From the sequence record SRR22947725_4056: a stretch of DNA of 20,000 nucleotides. One strand, given 5' to 3'. This document shows positions 1 to 10,093 of the stretch, one piece after another; position 1 is the first letter of the stretch, and the number at the start of each line of letters is the position of its first letter. A program made the translations under genes and the position numbers. Under the pieces are notes generated by a model. That model searched no databases and was not told where the DNA came from. It worked only from the letters and a program-made list of their open reading frames with translations.

Positions 1-1516
1 CATTGAAGGCGCAAACCTCAGCTCGGGACACATGGATATTCATTCGAGCCAGCTTGATGTCGCCTCTCTGGTACTGCGCAACGCGTTTGACTCACTGGTC
101 GCGCAGGACGCCTCCGGCGCCTTTGTGCCGTGGCTCGCTTCGTCCTGGACAATCTCTGAAGACGAGCTGGAATATGTCTTCCAGTTGCGCGAGGACGTTA
201 CCTTCCACGATGGTGAGCCTTTCAACGCCGAAGCGGTGAAGGCAAACTTCGATCACGTGGTTGCCCCAGAAACAGCTTCGGCCCAAGCCGCAAGCCTGAT
301 GGGGTATGCCGAGGATGGCGGTTATTACGTGGGTACGGAGGTCTTGGGTGAATTCGAGGTCGCCATCACCTTCAGCCAGCCCTATGCGCCGTTCCTCCAG
401 GGTCTGAGCCTTCCCCAGCTGGGTTTCTACTCACCCGTGGTCCTCACAGAAAATGCCGCTGATCTAAAAGCGGGTGGACCGGGAGTCACTGTCGGCACGG
501 GACCCTTCGTGTTGAGCGAGTTCACCCCCGACCAGCAACTCGTGTTTGTCGCAAATCCCGACTATGACTGGGCGCCCACAGGGTCAACCCATCAAGGAAG
601 AGCAGCCTCGGACACGCTCGTCATTTCCATTGTGCCAGAGACCGCTTCGCGGGTGGGAGCAATTACCACCGGGGAAGCGGATGTCGCGGCAGATTTCACC
701 CCGGACATGGCGGCGCAAGTCGGCGCGGATGCCCAGACCTTCTCCATTGAAATGCCGGGCGTTCCCTACTCCCTTTACATCAACGAGGCCGATGGCGTTT
801 TTGCTGACGTGCGTGTCCGCGAGGCCTTCAGCCTGGGATTTGATGCCGAGCCAGCAATTGCCAGCATCTATCAGGGACAGTTCAGCCGGGCCTGGAGCAT
901 TTTGGGCCCCACCACGCCTAACTCCTACGATGCCTCACTGGAGGGTTCGTGGCCCTACAACCCAGACAAGGCAAACGAACTCTTGGACTCTGCGGGATGG
1001 ACAGAACGGGACTCTGAGGGGTATCGCACCAAAGACGGCGAGCGTTTGAGTGCTCGCTGGATCGCCTACACCCCTGTTCCGGATGACCGCGCGAGCCTCG
1101 CGAACTTTATCCAGTCAGATCTGAAGGAAATCGGATTCGAGCTCGTTCGGGAAGTGCTGGAACCCGCTCAGTACATGGAGTTTTATGGACCCAGGGATTT
1201 TGACCTGACCGACTGGGCGTTTTCCAGCCCTGACGCTGATGTGTTGCGCAGCCACCTCCAAACCGGCGGCTTTCAAACAGTCTCCAGTGTGACAAAGCCT
1301 GAGGTTGATCAGTGGCTCAGCGATGCTGTGGCCACCAGTTCACCCGCTGCGAGAGAGGCCCTGTATCAGCAAATCCAGCAGTGGAATGCGGAGCAGGTGT
1401 TGATCGTACCTCTCTACGTTCCCTCCGAAATCACCGTCGCTACCTCGGGTGTTGAAGGATTGATTTTTGACCTCTACGGTCGAGCATCCTTCTACGGCGC
1501 CACCGTCGAGCGGTAG
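1..1516 (+). CDS. ABC transporter substrate-binding protein, family 5 (Opp/Dpp/Nik type); 5' end lies outside the window
   Basis: The frame is open from position 2 (IEGANLSSGHMDIHSS...), so the ATG at 32 is internal and the signal peptide lies upstream. Family-5 motifs are present: PWLASSWTISEDELEYVFQLREDVTFHDGEPFNAEAVKANF, VGTGPFVL, NPDY, DVRVREA. Two permeases and an ATPase follow. Confidence 0.93.
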   Translation, partial: IEGANLSSGHMDIHSSQLDVASLVLRNAFDSLVAQDASGAFVPWLASSWTISEDELEYVFQLREDVTFHDGEPFNAEAVKANFDHVVAPETASAQAASLMGYAEDGGYYVGTEVLGEFEVAITFSQPYAPFLQGLSLPQLGFYSPVVLTENAADLKAGGPGVTVGTGPFVLSEFTPDQQLVFVANPDYDWAPTGSTHQGRAASDTLVISIVPETASRVGAITTGEADVAADFTPDMAAQVGADAQTFSIEMPGVPYSLYINEADGVFADVRVREAFSLGFDAEPAIASIYQGQFSRAWSILGPTTPNSYDASLEGSWPYNPDKANELLDSAGWTERDSEGYRTKDGERLSARWIAYTPVPDDRASLANFIQSDLKEIGFELVREVLEPAQYMEFYGPRDFDLTDWAFSSPDADVLRSHLQTGGFQTVSSVTKPEVDQWLSDAVATSSPAAREALYQQIQQWNAEQVLIVPLYVPSEITVATSGVEGLIFDLYGRASFYGATVER

Positions 1517-1530
1517 TTGGCCGTGAGGTA

Positions 1531-2511
1531 GTGACCGCGCACGCGAGCACACCCTGGCGAGGCACACTCTCCAGGGTGTTTCTCTTCTTGGCACAATCTC
1601 TCGGGAGATTTGTCCTTGTTATCTGGGGGGCGGCAACAGCAGGATTTGTGGCCCTCCGGTTGATTCCCGGCGACCCTGTCGATGTCATGCTCGGCGTCCA
1701 GGCGCGGGTATCCGAATCTGTTCGCGCCCAGATACGACTGGAGTGGGGGCTTGATGAACCACTTATTACGCAGTACTTCCTATACCTTGGCCGCCTTATT
1801 CACGGCGATCTGGGCGTCTCCTACCAGCTTCGCACTCCGGTGGTGGACGTTCTTGCTCAGCAAGCTCTGCCTACTCTTCAACTCGCCGCGGGAGCAATTT
1901 TCTTAGCGACTCTCTTCGCCCTGGGGGGAGCCCTTTTTGGGCGAGGCGCGAGGCTAAAAAAAGCGGTGTCGGTGGCGGAACTGATTGTCATTTCTTCACC
2001 CACCTACTGGATCGGTCTTCTTCTGCTGGCTGTTTTCTCCCTCCAATTAGGGTGGTTTCCGGTTACCGGCGCGCAGGGAATATCGTCCCTGGTGTTGCCG
2101 TCTCTCACTCTCGCGTTGCCCGTGGCCGGCATTGTGAGCCAAGTACTTCGGCACGGCCTCGATGCGGCGGAGGGACAACCTTTTGCCATGACGGCCCGCT
2201 CCAGAGGCGTGTCGCCCTCGGGACTGGTTCGACGCCATTCCCTGCGCCATGCCGCGATGGACGCCCTGACTCTTGGTGGATACCTGGTGGGATCGCTGCT
2301 CGGGGGAGCGGTTTTGGTAGAAACCGTTTTCGCCCGTCCAGGGTTAGGCCAAGTGGCTATCAGAGCCATTGTGGGGCGAGATTTTCCTGTGATTTTGGGA
2401 ATTATTGTGGTGGGGGCAGTGGTTTTCTCCCTCGTGAACCTCGCGGTGGATCTCAGCTATCGCGGCCTTGACCCGCGCCTTCGACGAGTGTCTGTGGAGA
2501 CGCGATCGTGA
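1531..2511 (+). CDS. ABC transporter permease, DppB/OppB type
   Basis: GTG start after GAGG. Motifs IPGDP, GLDEPLITQY, GDLGVSY, EAA-like loop TARSRG, GGAVLVETVFARPGLG and RDFPVILG; several hydrophobic segments. Confidence 0.93.
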   Translation: MTAHASTPWRGTLSRVFLFLAQSLGRFVLVIWGAATAGFVALRLIPGDPVDVMLGVQARVSESVRAQIRLEWGLDEPLITQYFLYLGRLIHGDLGVSYQLRTPVVDVLAQQALPTLQLAAGAIFLATLFALGGALFGRGARLKKAVSVAELIVISSPTYWIGLLLLAVFSLQLGWFPVTGAQGISSLVLPSLTLALPVAGIVSQVLRHGLDAAEGQPFAMTARSRGVSPSGLVRRHSLRHAAMDALTLGGYLVGSLLGGAVLVETVFARPGLGQVAIRAIVGRDFPVILGIIVVGAVVFSLVNLAVDLSYRGLDPRLRRVSVETRS

Positions 2512-3371
2512 GGTCCCTCCTCGGAGAAGAGAAAGAGAACCCCCTCCCCAAGCGTGTTCCCGGTCCGCAGCTTCCCCTCGGGGTAATCATTGCGGCAATC
2601 ACGTTGGGGCTGATTGCGTTGGCTGCGCTTTTCCCGTGGCTCCTCACCGGTGAAAGCCCCCTCGAGACAGATTCCAGTGCCACACTTCAGGCTCCCAGTG
2701 CTGCCCATCTTTTTGGGACCGACCAGTCTGGTCGAGACGTGTTCGCGCGGGTGGTCTATGGCGCGCGCTATTCGCTCGCGGTAGGGCTCGGGGCGACGGC
2801 GTGCGCACTAGTGGTCGGAATTCTTCTGGGGGTGGGTGCTGCCAGAGGGCCCCGCATCCTCGACACCGCGCTTTCGCGGTTCATTGATGTGGTCATGGCG
2901 TTCCCTGAATTCCTGCTCGCCCTGATCGTCATTGCCGTTATTGGGGTGGGGGGTGCCAGTATTCCTGTCGCGGTCGCGCTTGCAGCAATCCCCGCCTATG
3001 CCCGCGTGGCTCGGGCAGAAACGCTCGTTGTTTCTCAGGCTGGGTACATTACTGCTGCCCGCGCGCTGGGGGTTCCTCCGGCAGCGATTCTTTTTCGCCA
3101 CATCATCCCCAACATCCTTGGCCCCTTACTCGTGATGGCAACCATCGGGGTGGGGACGGCGATCGTCACCGCCTCAGGGCTCAGTTTTCTCGGTCTTGGC
3201 CTTCAGCCGCCGACTCCTGAGTGGGGCCTCATTCTTTCCGAGGGTAGGAATTTCCTTGCCACCGCCTGGTGGATTGGTGTCTTCCCCGGCCTTGCGATCA
3301 CGTCAACAGTTCTTGCCATCAGCGCGGTGGGGCGCCACCTGCGCTTGCGCGGCGAGGGGAGGGTCTCGTGA
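2508..3371 (+). CDS. ABC transporter permease, DppC/OppC type
   Basis: GTGA overlap with the upstream stop. Motifs PSAAHLFGTDQSGRDVFARVVYGARYSL, EAA-like YITAARALG, HIIPN and LSFLGLGLQPPTPEWG. Confidence 0.93.
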   Translation: MRSLLGEEKENPLPKRVPGPQLPLGVIIAAITLGLIALAALFPWLLTGESPLETDSSATLQAPSAAHLFGTDQSGRDVFARVVYGARYSLAVGLGATACALVVGILLGVGAARGPRILDTALSRFIDVVMAFPEFLLALIVIAVIGVGGASIPVAVALAAIPAYARVARAETLVVSQAGYITAARALGVPPAAILFRHIIPNILGPLLVMATIGVGTAIVTASGLSFLGLGLQPPTPEWGLILSEGRNFLATAWWIGVFPGLAITSTVLAISAVGRHLRLRGEGRVS

Positions 3372-4942
3372 CCCATCCTGCCGTTGAGGTCGCACACCTC
3401 CGGATTCAGTTCCCTGGAAGCCAGGCACCCGCTGTCAGCGATGTGTCCTTCCATATCGATGCCGGTGAGTGTTTGGCATTGGTGGGGGAATCGGGCTCCG
3501 GAAAATCTCTGACGGCACTATCTCTCCTCGGGTTGGTCCCCCCAGGGGCAGACCAACGAGTGGAGAGCCTGCGGGTGGCCGGCGTGGATACCAGAGGATT
3601 TTCTCCACTGCAGTGGCGATCCCTTCGAGGTACTCGGGTGGGACTGGTCAGCCAAGATGCTCTGGTCTCTTTGGATCCTCTGCGCCGGATTGAAGAGGAA
3701 GTGGCAGAAGTTCTCGAGATAACTCGTCCCAAGCTTTCTCGTGAGGAGCGATCACGCCGAGTGACCCGCGCTCTCGAGATGGCAGCGATGCCTGACCCCG
3801 AGTATCGGAGGCGTCAGTATCCGCATGAGCTCTCGGGCGGAATGCGCCAACGCGCATTGATTGCGTCAGCTCTGGCCGGGAACCCGGAGGTGCTGATTGC
3901 CGATGAGCCCACCACCGCTCTTGACTCGCTGACCCAATCCCACATCCTTGACCTGTTGAGCTCCCTGAAGCGCTCTGGCTTGGCCCTGCTGTTGGTGAGC
4001 CATGACCTTCATCTCGTGAGTCAACTAGCCGACCGCATCGCGGTGATGCGTGGCGGGGTCATCCTCGAGCAGGGCTCCAGCGCAGAAGTGCTTAATCGTC
4101 CACGCCACCCCTACACCGGGGAACTGGTCGCCGCGGTGGCGAAGCGGCGCAGCGCGATCACGGTGACACCGGATGCTTCCCCTCTAGCCCTGTCGTGGCA
4201 GGGAATCCACCGCCGCTATCAAGGCCCCGACGGCACCCCCACCCAAGCCCTTCGCGACGTGTCCTTCCAGGTTAGATCCGGCACAACGCTCGGAATTGTG
4301 GGTCAGTCAGGGTCGGGCAAGAGCACGCTGGGTAGGATATTAATGGCCTTAGGAACACCAGATTCCGGTGTGGTGGAGCTTTTTGGCCAGCCGTGGTCTA
4401 GCGAACGCGAAAAGGCTAGGCGTCCTCGCCGGGGGGCCATCCAGCTCATTGAACAAAATCCGCTGGATGCGCTTGACCCTCGATGGACCGTTCGCCGCAT
4501 TGTCGAGGAGGCGCTTGAACTTGACACATCCAGCGATGGCACGCCAGGGGAGCGACTCTTGGAAACCCTCGGGCTTGTGGGGCTTGCCCCTGAATTGCTC
4601 GGCAGGCGACCCCATCAGCTCTCGGGAGGGCAACGACAGCGGGTGGCCATCGCAAGGGCACTTGCCCGCAGGCCTTCGGTCCTGATTCTTGATGAACCCG
4701 TCTCTGCGTTGGATGCTGTGGTCCAAGCTCAAATTCTCACCCTGCTGGGCTCACTCCAGCGCGATTTGGGTTTGACACTGATTCTGATTTCCCATGACTT
4801 GGGCGTTATCGCTCACCTCAGCGATGAGGTGTTGGTGTTGCTGGAAGGCCAAGCCATCGAGTCAGGCCCCCTGGAGAGAATTCTCGACAACCCCTCCCAC
4901 GCCCATACCCGCGCTCTCTTGGAAGCTTCGCGAGCCCTCTGA
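3368..4942 (+). CDS. ABC transporter ATP-binding protein with two fused nucleotide-binding domains (DppD/F type)
   Basis: The GTG at 3368 overlaps the permease TGA (GTGA) and is preferred to the ORF-track start at 3269. Two Walker A motifs (GESGSGKS, GQSGSGKS), two signatures (LSGGMRQR, LSGGQRQR), two Walker B/D-loops (IADEPTTALD, ILDEPVSALD), two SHD motifs and an HPYT motif. Confidence 0.93.
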   Translation: MTHPAVEVAHLRIQFPGSQAPAVSDVSFHIDAGECLALVGESGSGKSLTALSLLGLVPPGADQRVESLRVAGVDTRGFSPLQWRSLRGTRVGLVSQDALVSLDPLRRIEEEVAEVLEITRPKLSREERSRRVTRALEMAAMPDPEYRRRQYPHELSGGMRQRALIASALAGNPEVLIADEPTTALDSLTQSHILDLLSSLKRSGLALLLVSHDLHLVSQLADRIAVMRGGVILEQGSSAEVLNRPRHPYTGELVAAVAKRRSAITVTPDASPLALSWQGIHRRYQGPDGTPTQALRDVSFQVRSGTTLGIVGQSGSGKSTLGRILMALGTPDSGVVELFGQPWSSEREKARRPRRGAIQLIEQNPLDALDPRWTVRRIVEEALELDTSSDGTPGERLLETLGLVGLAPELLGRRPHQLSGGQRQRVAIARALARRPSVLILDEPVSALDAVVQAQILTLLGSLQRDLGLTLILISHDLGVIAHLSDEVLVLLEGQAIESGPLERILDNPSHAHTRALLEASRAL

Positions 4943-4970
4943 GTCGGGTGCGGTTTAGAGCCACAGGTCC

Positions 4971-4976
4971 TACACT
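4971..4976 (+). promoter_or_regulatory. Putative sigma-A -10 element for the T-box/ileS leader
   Basis: TACACT matches the actinobacterial TANNNT consensus and lies a few nt upstream of the T-box 5' end. Confidence 0.6.
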
Positions 4977-4984
4977 GGGACAAA

Positions 4985-5138
4985 GCTTTGAATCGGCTAT
5001 CACCGAGGAGCTGCCGGAAGAAAAAACCTTCGTGGTTTGAGTAGAACCGGTCGGGTGGGCCCGTCAGCGCCTGAGAAGAGTGGCCATCTTTTGGTGGCAA
5101 GCGGGGTGGTACCGCGACCGGGAAGCCGGGCGTCCCCG
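4985..5138 (+). ncRNA. T-box riboswitch, actinobacterial translational ileS type with ultrashort Stem I
   Basis: Stem I is TCGG-CTATCA-CCGA with the Ile specifier ATC at 4999-5001. Stem II is CCGGAAGAA...AGTAGAACCGG (S-turn). Stem IIA is CGGGTGGGCCCG and Stem III is GCCATC-TTTT-GGTGGC (5083-5098). The T-box sequence AAGCGGGGTGGTACCGCG spans 5099-5116 with the UGGU bulge, and its 3' partner CGTCCCCG is at 5131-5138. No U-tract terminator follows, and the element sits directly upstream of ileS. Confidence 0.93.
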
Positions 5139-5170
5139 TAACATCTACCCCCCTCTCTCAGGAGCACCCC

Positions 5171-8100
5171 ATGGCTTTCCCTCGACACCGTCCCGGCTCT
5201 TCCGTGGAGCCCAGTCCCTCCTTCCCTGCCGTGGAAACCAAGGTGTTGAAAGACTGGAAAGACGGCGATACCTTCCGCAAATCGGTGGCAGCGCGCGAAG
5301 GCTGCGAAGAGTGGGTTTTTTATGACGGTCCACCCTTTGCCAACGGGTTGCCCCATTATGGGCACCTCCTGACCGGGTATGCCAAAGACGTGTTTCCTCG
5401 CTTTCACACGATGCGGGGAAAGCAAGTGCACCGTCGTTTCGGCTGGGACACCCACGGGCTTCCTGCCGAGCTTGAAGCGGAGCGCCAGCTAGGGATTACC
5501 AACAAGAGCCAAATCGAAGAGATGGGTATCGCCGCTTTCAACCAGGCGGCGAAAGATTCGGTGTTGAAATACACCGATGAGTGGCAGGAGTACGTCACCC
5601 GACAAGCGCGGTGGGTAGATTTCGAAAACGACTACAAGACGCTGGATATCACCTTCATGGAAAGTGTGATGTGGGCGTTTTCCACCCTGCATAACAAAGG
5701 CCTCGCCTACGAGGGCTACCGGGTGTTGCCCTACTGCTGGAGGGATCAAACCCCGCTGAGCAACCACGAACTGCGGATGGACGATGACGTGTACAAGTCC
5801 AGGCAGGATCAATCTGTCACGGTGACATTTCCGCTCGAGGGTGAGGCGGCACAAGCGCTGGGGTTGGAAGGCGTGCTTGCTCTGGCTTGGACCACAACTC
5901 CCTGGACCCTTCCCACAAACGCTGCGCTTGCCGTTGGCCCAGAGGTCGCCTATGGCGTCGTTCCTGCGGGACCTGCTAGCTCACAGCCTGGCCAGCAGTA
6001 CCTGTTGGCCTTGGACACCATTGACAACTACCGCAAAGAGCTGGGGTATGAGGATTCGGCCGAGGCGCGTGCGGCGGTCACCGTGGAGTTCACCGGGTCC
6101 GAGCTCGGTGGAATTCATTACCGCAGAGTTTTTGACTACTACGCCGATAGTGACCAGTGGGACATGTCAGGCGCTTGGCGGATTTTGGTGGCCGACTATG
6201 TCGCAACGGGAGAGGGAACGGGAATCGTTCACCAGGCACCGGCATATGGCGAAGATGACCAAATCACGTGTGCCGAGGCAGGGATTCCGGTCATTATTTC
6301 CGTCGATGACGCTGGATGCTTTCTGGACGAGGTCGCTGACGTCGCGGGTCTGCAGGTCTTCGATGCCAACAAACCGCTCACGAGGCTCCTGCGTGAGTCG
6401 GGTCGGCTCTTCGCCGAGCGTTCTTACGACCACTCCTACCCGCACTGTTGGAGATGCCGAACCCCTCTGATTTACAAAGCGGTGTCGAGCTGGTTTGTGA
6501 AGGTCACGGAGATTCGTGACCGCATGCTGGAACTCAATCAGGACATCCGCTGGGTCCCCGGGAACGTCAAAGACGGTCAGTTTGGAAAGTGGCTCTCTAA
6601 CGCCAGGGACTGGTCCATTTCCAGGAACCGATACTGGGGTTCCCCCATCCCAGTGTGGAAAAGCGACAACCCAGAGTTCCCGCGGGTCGATGTCTATGGC
6701 TCACTCGAGGAACTCGAGAAAGATTTCGGGGCTAAACCCGACGATCTCCACCGCCCCAAGATCGACGAACTCCACCGCCCCAATCCGGACGACCCGTCGG
6801 GTCAGTCGACGATGCGGCGCATCCCCGACGTGTTGGACGTCTGGTTTGATTCAGGTTCCATGCCGTTTGCGCAGGTGCACTACCCCTTTGAGAACCAAGA
6901 ATGGTTTGACACTCACAACCCCGCAGACTTCATCGTGGAATACATCGGTCAGACCAGAGGATGGTTTTACACGATGCACGTCCTCTCCACGGCACTCTTT
7001 GACCGCCCTGCGTTCTCGCAGGTAATTTCCCATGGAATCGTTCTGGGATCAGATGGTCAGAAGATGTCTAAGAGCCTGCGAAACTACCCTGACGTGTCCG
7101 AAGTGTTCGAGCGCGATGGCGCTGATGCGATGCGCTGGTTCTTGATGTCGAGCTCCGTCATTCGCGGCGGAAACCTGGTGGTCAGCGAAGAAGGCATTAG
7201 GGAGGGGGTTCGCCAGTTCCTCTTGCCGTTGTGGAGTACCTATTACTTCCTGGGTCTCTACGTAGGCGACCATGAACCACGCTGGCGCAGTGACTCCAGC
7301 CATATTCTCGATCGCTACATCCTGGCAAAAACCAGGGACCTGATCGATGCGACCACGACCGAATACGAAGCGCTTGATTCACCGATGGCAGCCCAACACC
7401 TCCGAAACTTCGCCGACGTGCTGACAAATTGGTATGTCCGGCGAAGCCGGGATCGCTTTTGGGCAGGGAGCGATACGGATGCCCTCGACACCCTCTACAC
7501 CGTGCTGGAAACCCTCTGTCGGGTGGCAGCACCCCTGGCGCCGCTCATCACGGAAGAGGTGTGGCGGGGTATCACCGGAGGGGAGAGCGTTCACCTGTGT
7601 GACTGGCCCAAGGTCGAAGATTTCCCGGCCGACGCGGAGTTAGTAGCGACCATGGACCGTGTCCGGGATGTCGCCTCGGCAGGTTTAGCGCTGCGAAAAG
7701 CCCATTCCCGAAGGGTCAGACTGCCCCTGACAACGCTCACTATTGTGAGTGAGGGCGCGCGGGACCTTGTCGGCTTTAGCGACATCATCGCCGAGGAACT
7801 CAACGTGGCCGGCATTGAGTGCGTTGACCTTGACGATCAAGCTATCCAGCGCTTTGGAATTGGCCAAAAATTGATTCCCAATTCGAGAGCCCTGGGCCCC
7901 CGAGTGGGCGGAGCCATTCAAGGCATCATTGCCCGTGCGAAAGCGGGGGAATGGAGCATTGAGAAGGGTGTTGTCACGGTGGGAGACACCGAGCTCCAAG
8001 AGGGTGAATACACCCTGGAGCTCACCTCAGCCAGTGAAGAGACAGCGGTGAGCTTCCTGGAAGATGGCGGGTTTGTTCTCCTCGACACCACGGTGTCACC

Positions 8101-8368
8101 AGAGCAAGAAGCGGAAGGCTTAGCTCGCGATGCAATCCGTTGGATTCAACAGGAGCGCAAGAACGCTGGTTTGGAGGTCTCGGATCGCATCGACCTCGTG
8201 CTCGAAGTGGATGAGACTGCCCGGGAAGCCTTGGAGAACCATCGAGAGCTTGTCGGGCAGGAAACCCTTTCCACGACGGTCAGTCTGGAACCTTTGGGTG
8301 CCAAGGGCGAGACGTTGCCGGTGGGGTCCGGTTCTCAGCTGCGCGTGAGAGTCTCTCGTCATGTCTAG
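5171..8368 (+). CDS. ileS: Isoleucine--tRNA ligase (type 2 IleRS)
   Basis: [14 protein letters not shown] (HIGH motif), [52 protein letters not shown] and KMSKS. The long C-terminus lacks the type-1 zinc finger. SD AGGAG at 5160-5164 and an Ile T-box upstream. Confidence 0.98.
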   Translation: MAFPRHRPGSSVEPSPSFPAVETKVLKDWKDGDTFRKSVAAREGCEEWVFYDGPPFANGLPHYGHLLTGYAKDVFPRFHTMRGKQVHRRFGWDTHGLPAELEAERQLGITNKSQIEEMGIAAFNQAAKDSVLKYTDEWQEYVTRQARWVDFENDYKTLDITFMESVMWAFSTLHNKGLAYEGYRVLPYCWRDQTPLSNHELRMDDDVYKSRQDQSVTVTFPLEGEAAQALGLEGVLALAWTTTPWTLPTNAALAVGPEVAYGVVPAGPASSQPGQQYLLALDTIDNYRKELGYEDSAEARAAVTVEFTGSELGGIHYRRVFDYYADSDQWDMSGAWRILVADYVATGEGTGIVHQAPAYGEDDQITCAEAGIPVIISVDDAGCFLDEVADVAGLQVFDANKPLTRLLRESGRLFAERSYDHSYPHCWRCRTPLIYKAVSSWFVKVTEIRDRMLELNQDIRWVPGNVKDGQFGKWLSNARDWSISRNRYWGSPIPVWKSDNPEFPRVDVYGSLEELEKDFGAKPDDLHRPKIDELHRPNPDDPSGQSTMRRIPDVLDVWFDSGSMPFAQVHYPFENQEWFDTHNPADFIVEYIGQTRGWFYTMHVLSTALFDRPAFSQVISHGIVLGSDGQKMSKSLRNYPDVSEVFERDGADAMRWFLMSSSVIRGGNLVVSEEGIREGVRQFLLPLWSTYYFLGLYVGDHEPRWRSDSSHILDRYILAKTRDLIDATTTEYEALDSPMAAQHLRNFADVLTNWYVRRSRDRFWAGSDTDALDTLYTVLETLCRVAAPLAPLITEEVWRGITGGESVHLCDWPKVEDFPADAELVATMDRVRDVASAGLALRKAHSRRVRLPLTTLTIVSEGARDLVGFSDIIAEELNVAGIECVDLDDQAIQRFGIGQKLIPNSRALGPRVGGAIQGIIARAKAGEWSIEKGVVTVGDTELQEGEYTLELTSASEETAVSFLEDGGFVLLDTTVSPEQEAEGLARDAIRWIQQERKNAGLEVSDRIDLVLEVDETAREALENHRELVGQETLSTTVSLEPLGAKGETLPVGSGSQLRVRVSRHV

Positions 8369-9701
8369 TACGGGGGCTTTTGAGCGGCAGGAAGCAGACG
8401 CGGTGATGGCTGCGTTGATGGCCCGGGTGGGCGAGAAAAGGCCCGAGCGCCGTCTCCACGCCATCCGGCGGGTGACGGAGCTGTTGGGTGATCCCCAAAG
8501 AATGTATGGGGTAATCCACCTCGCTGGCACCAACGGGAAAACATCGACGGCTCGCATCACCGAAAGCATTTTGCGGGCGCTGGGCCTTCGTACCGGCCTG
8601 ATGACCTCCCCCCACCTCCACCGAATAAACGAACGCATCGTGATTGATGGGGAACCTATCTCAGATCGCATGCTCGCCGATAACTGGGCCGATGTGGAGC
8701 CGTTTCTCACCATTGTTGATGCGGAACTGGTGGCAAATTCTGAACCGCCCCTGACCTACTTTGAAGCGCTCACAGCACTCACTTTTGCCGCTTTTGCCGA
8801 TGCTCCGGTGGATGTTGCGGTCATCGAAGCGGGGATGGGTGGCGAATGGGATGCCACGAACGTTGCGGATGCGGACGTTGCCGTGTTTACCCCCATTGCC
8901 CTTGACCACACGGAATACTTGGGGGACACGATTTCGCTGATCGCGGCCACAAAAGCGGGAATTATCAAACCTGCTTCGCGGGTGGTGAGCGCTCATCAAT
9001 CTCAGGACGCGTGGGATCACATCATGCTCGCGTGTGAAAAATACGAAGCACCCTTGAGGATTTTTGGCAGGGACTTTTCGCTCACCTCGGTGGAACCCGG
9101 GGTGGGGGGCCAGGTCATCAGTGTGGAAGGAATAGCCGGACACTACCCCGGCCTCGCCCTCCCGCTGTTGGGCGACCACCAAGGTGAAAACGCTGCGTTA
9201 GCGATTGCCGCGGTGGAATCCTTTCTTCACAATGGCACTCAGATGCTCGCGCGCGAAGTGGTCGAAGAGGGAGTGTCCCTTGCCAGCAGCCCGGGGCGAC
9301 TTCAAGTGGTCTCTGCCAACCCGACGGTCGTGGTCGACGCTGCTCACAACCCCCACGGTGCAGAAGCCCTCGCCGGTGCGATGATGACCTCCTTTAGCTT
9401 TGACCGCTTGGTCTGCGTTATCGGAGTCCTTCAGGAAAAGGATCTCGTAGGAATTGTGGAAGCTCTCGACCCTGTGGTGGACCACTTTGTTGTTACCCAG
9501 TCCCAGTCCGATCGTTCCATCAGCGTTCACGACTTAGCCGATGCGGTATCGGCGATAGCGGGACCTGACCGGGTAGATTCCCGCGGAAATTCGGAGGAAG
9601 CTCTCTCCCGGGCTGAGGACCTGGCCGGCGCGGAAGGCGGCGTCCTGGTGACGGGTTCGATCACGCTGGTGGCAGAGGTAGCCGCCGGGAAGGGACGATG
9701 A
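8361..9701 (+). CDS. folC: Bifunctional folylpolyglutamate synthase / dihydrofolate synthase
   Basis: [13 protein letters not shown]-loop, [45 protein letters not shown] and TGSI. Overlaps ileS by 8 nt. Confidence 0.96.
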   Translation: MSSTGAFERQEADAVMAALMARVGEKRPERRLHAIRRVTELLGDPQRMYGVIHLAGTNGKTSTARITESILRALGLRTGLMTSPHLHRINERIVIDGEPISDRMLADNWADVEPFLTIVDAELVANSEPPLTYFEALTALTFAAFADAPVDVAVIEAGMGGEWDATNVADADVAVFTPIALDHTEYLGDTISLIAATKAGIIKPASRVVSAHQSQDAWDHIMLACEKYEAPLRIFGRDFSLTSVEPGVGGQVISVEGIAGHYPGLALPLLGDHQGENAALAIAAVESFLHNGTQMLAREVVEEGVSLASSPGRLQVVSANPTVVVDAAHNPHGAEALAGAMMTSFSFDRLVCVIGVLQEKDLVGIVEALDPVVDHFVVTQSQSDRSISVHDLADAVSAIAGPDRVDSRGNSEEALSRAEDLAGAEGGVLVTGSITLVAEVAAGKGR

Positions 9702-10057
9702 TGGCGGGAGCAAAACGAGAGAAGTCAGCGACAGAGTCGCTGCTTCAGATTGCTCTGGTGCTGGAAATTGCGGTGGTGTTTTTCGGAGCGCTAGCGCTCA
9801 ATGGGCTGGGCTATTTCACCCCCACGGTTATTGTTCTTGGGTCAGGGGCAGCCCTGGTGATTCTTGTGCTGGTGTATCGGTTGCTGCGATACCGCGCGGG
9901 AGTGTGGTTGGGGCACCTGGTTCAGTTAGCGCTGTTGACCTCTTTCCTTTGGGATGTCGTAATGGGAATGTCCGCAGCGGTTGTTGTCGGTTTCTGGATC
10001 TTTGGGGCCATTCGAGGGCCTCAACTTGATCGAGGCAAAGAAAACCCTTCACGCTAA
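9698..10057 (+). CDS. Small multi-pass membrane protein, DUF4233-like
   Basis: ATGA overlap with folC and 3-4 hydrophobic segments. It occupies the slot between folC and ndk where actinobacteria usually carry DUF4233. The start could be the second ATG at 9701. Confidence 0.72.
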   Translation: MMAGAKREKSATESLLQIALVLEIAVVFFGALALNGLGYFTPTVIVLGSGAALVILVLVYRLLRYRAGVWLGHLVQLALLTSFLWDVVMGMSAAVVVGFWIFGAIRGPQLDRGKENPSR

Positions 10058-10060
10058 ACT
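10055..10060 (+). promoter_or_regulatory. Putative -10 element for ndk, overlapping the upstream stop codon
   Basis: TAAACT matches TANNNT. A short A/C-rich leader follows, then SD AAGGAG (10079-10084) and the ATG at 10094. Confidence 0.45.
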
Positions 10061-10093
10061 CACCATCACCAACGCACCAAGGAGAAAACCGAT

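Noticed and set aside
3269..3367. ORF-track N-terminal extensions (ATPase from 3269; also rne 11378, obgE 14351, proB 15762, proA 16550)
   Set aside because: They overlap upstream genes or structured leaders. Downstream starts have SD, overlap or leaderless signals and match the expected family N-termini.
5340..5370. IleRS as an acquired mupirocin-resistance allele
   Set aside because: Type 2 IleRS with a canonical HYGH motif and a native T-box is the normal housekeeping enzyme in actinobacteria, and there is no mobile context.
6740..6785. 24-bp-period imperfect repeat in ileS (DDLHRPKI / DELHRPNP)
   Set aside because: It lies in the conserved DLHRP.ID motif region of type 2 IleRS, and the protein sequence explains it.
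8120..8713. Long antisense and alternate-frame ORFs (e.g. 8120-8713, 5841-6470, 12128-12703, 13563-14087, 19491-20000)
   Set aside because: They are shadows of well-supported genes in GC-rich DNA and show no recognisable motifs.
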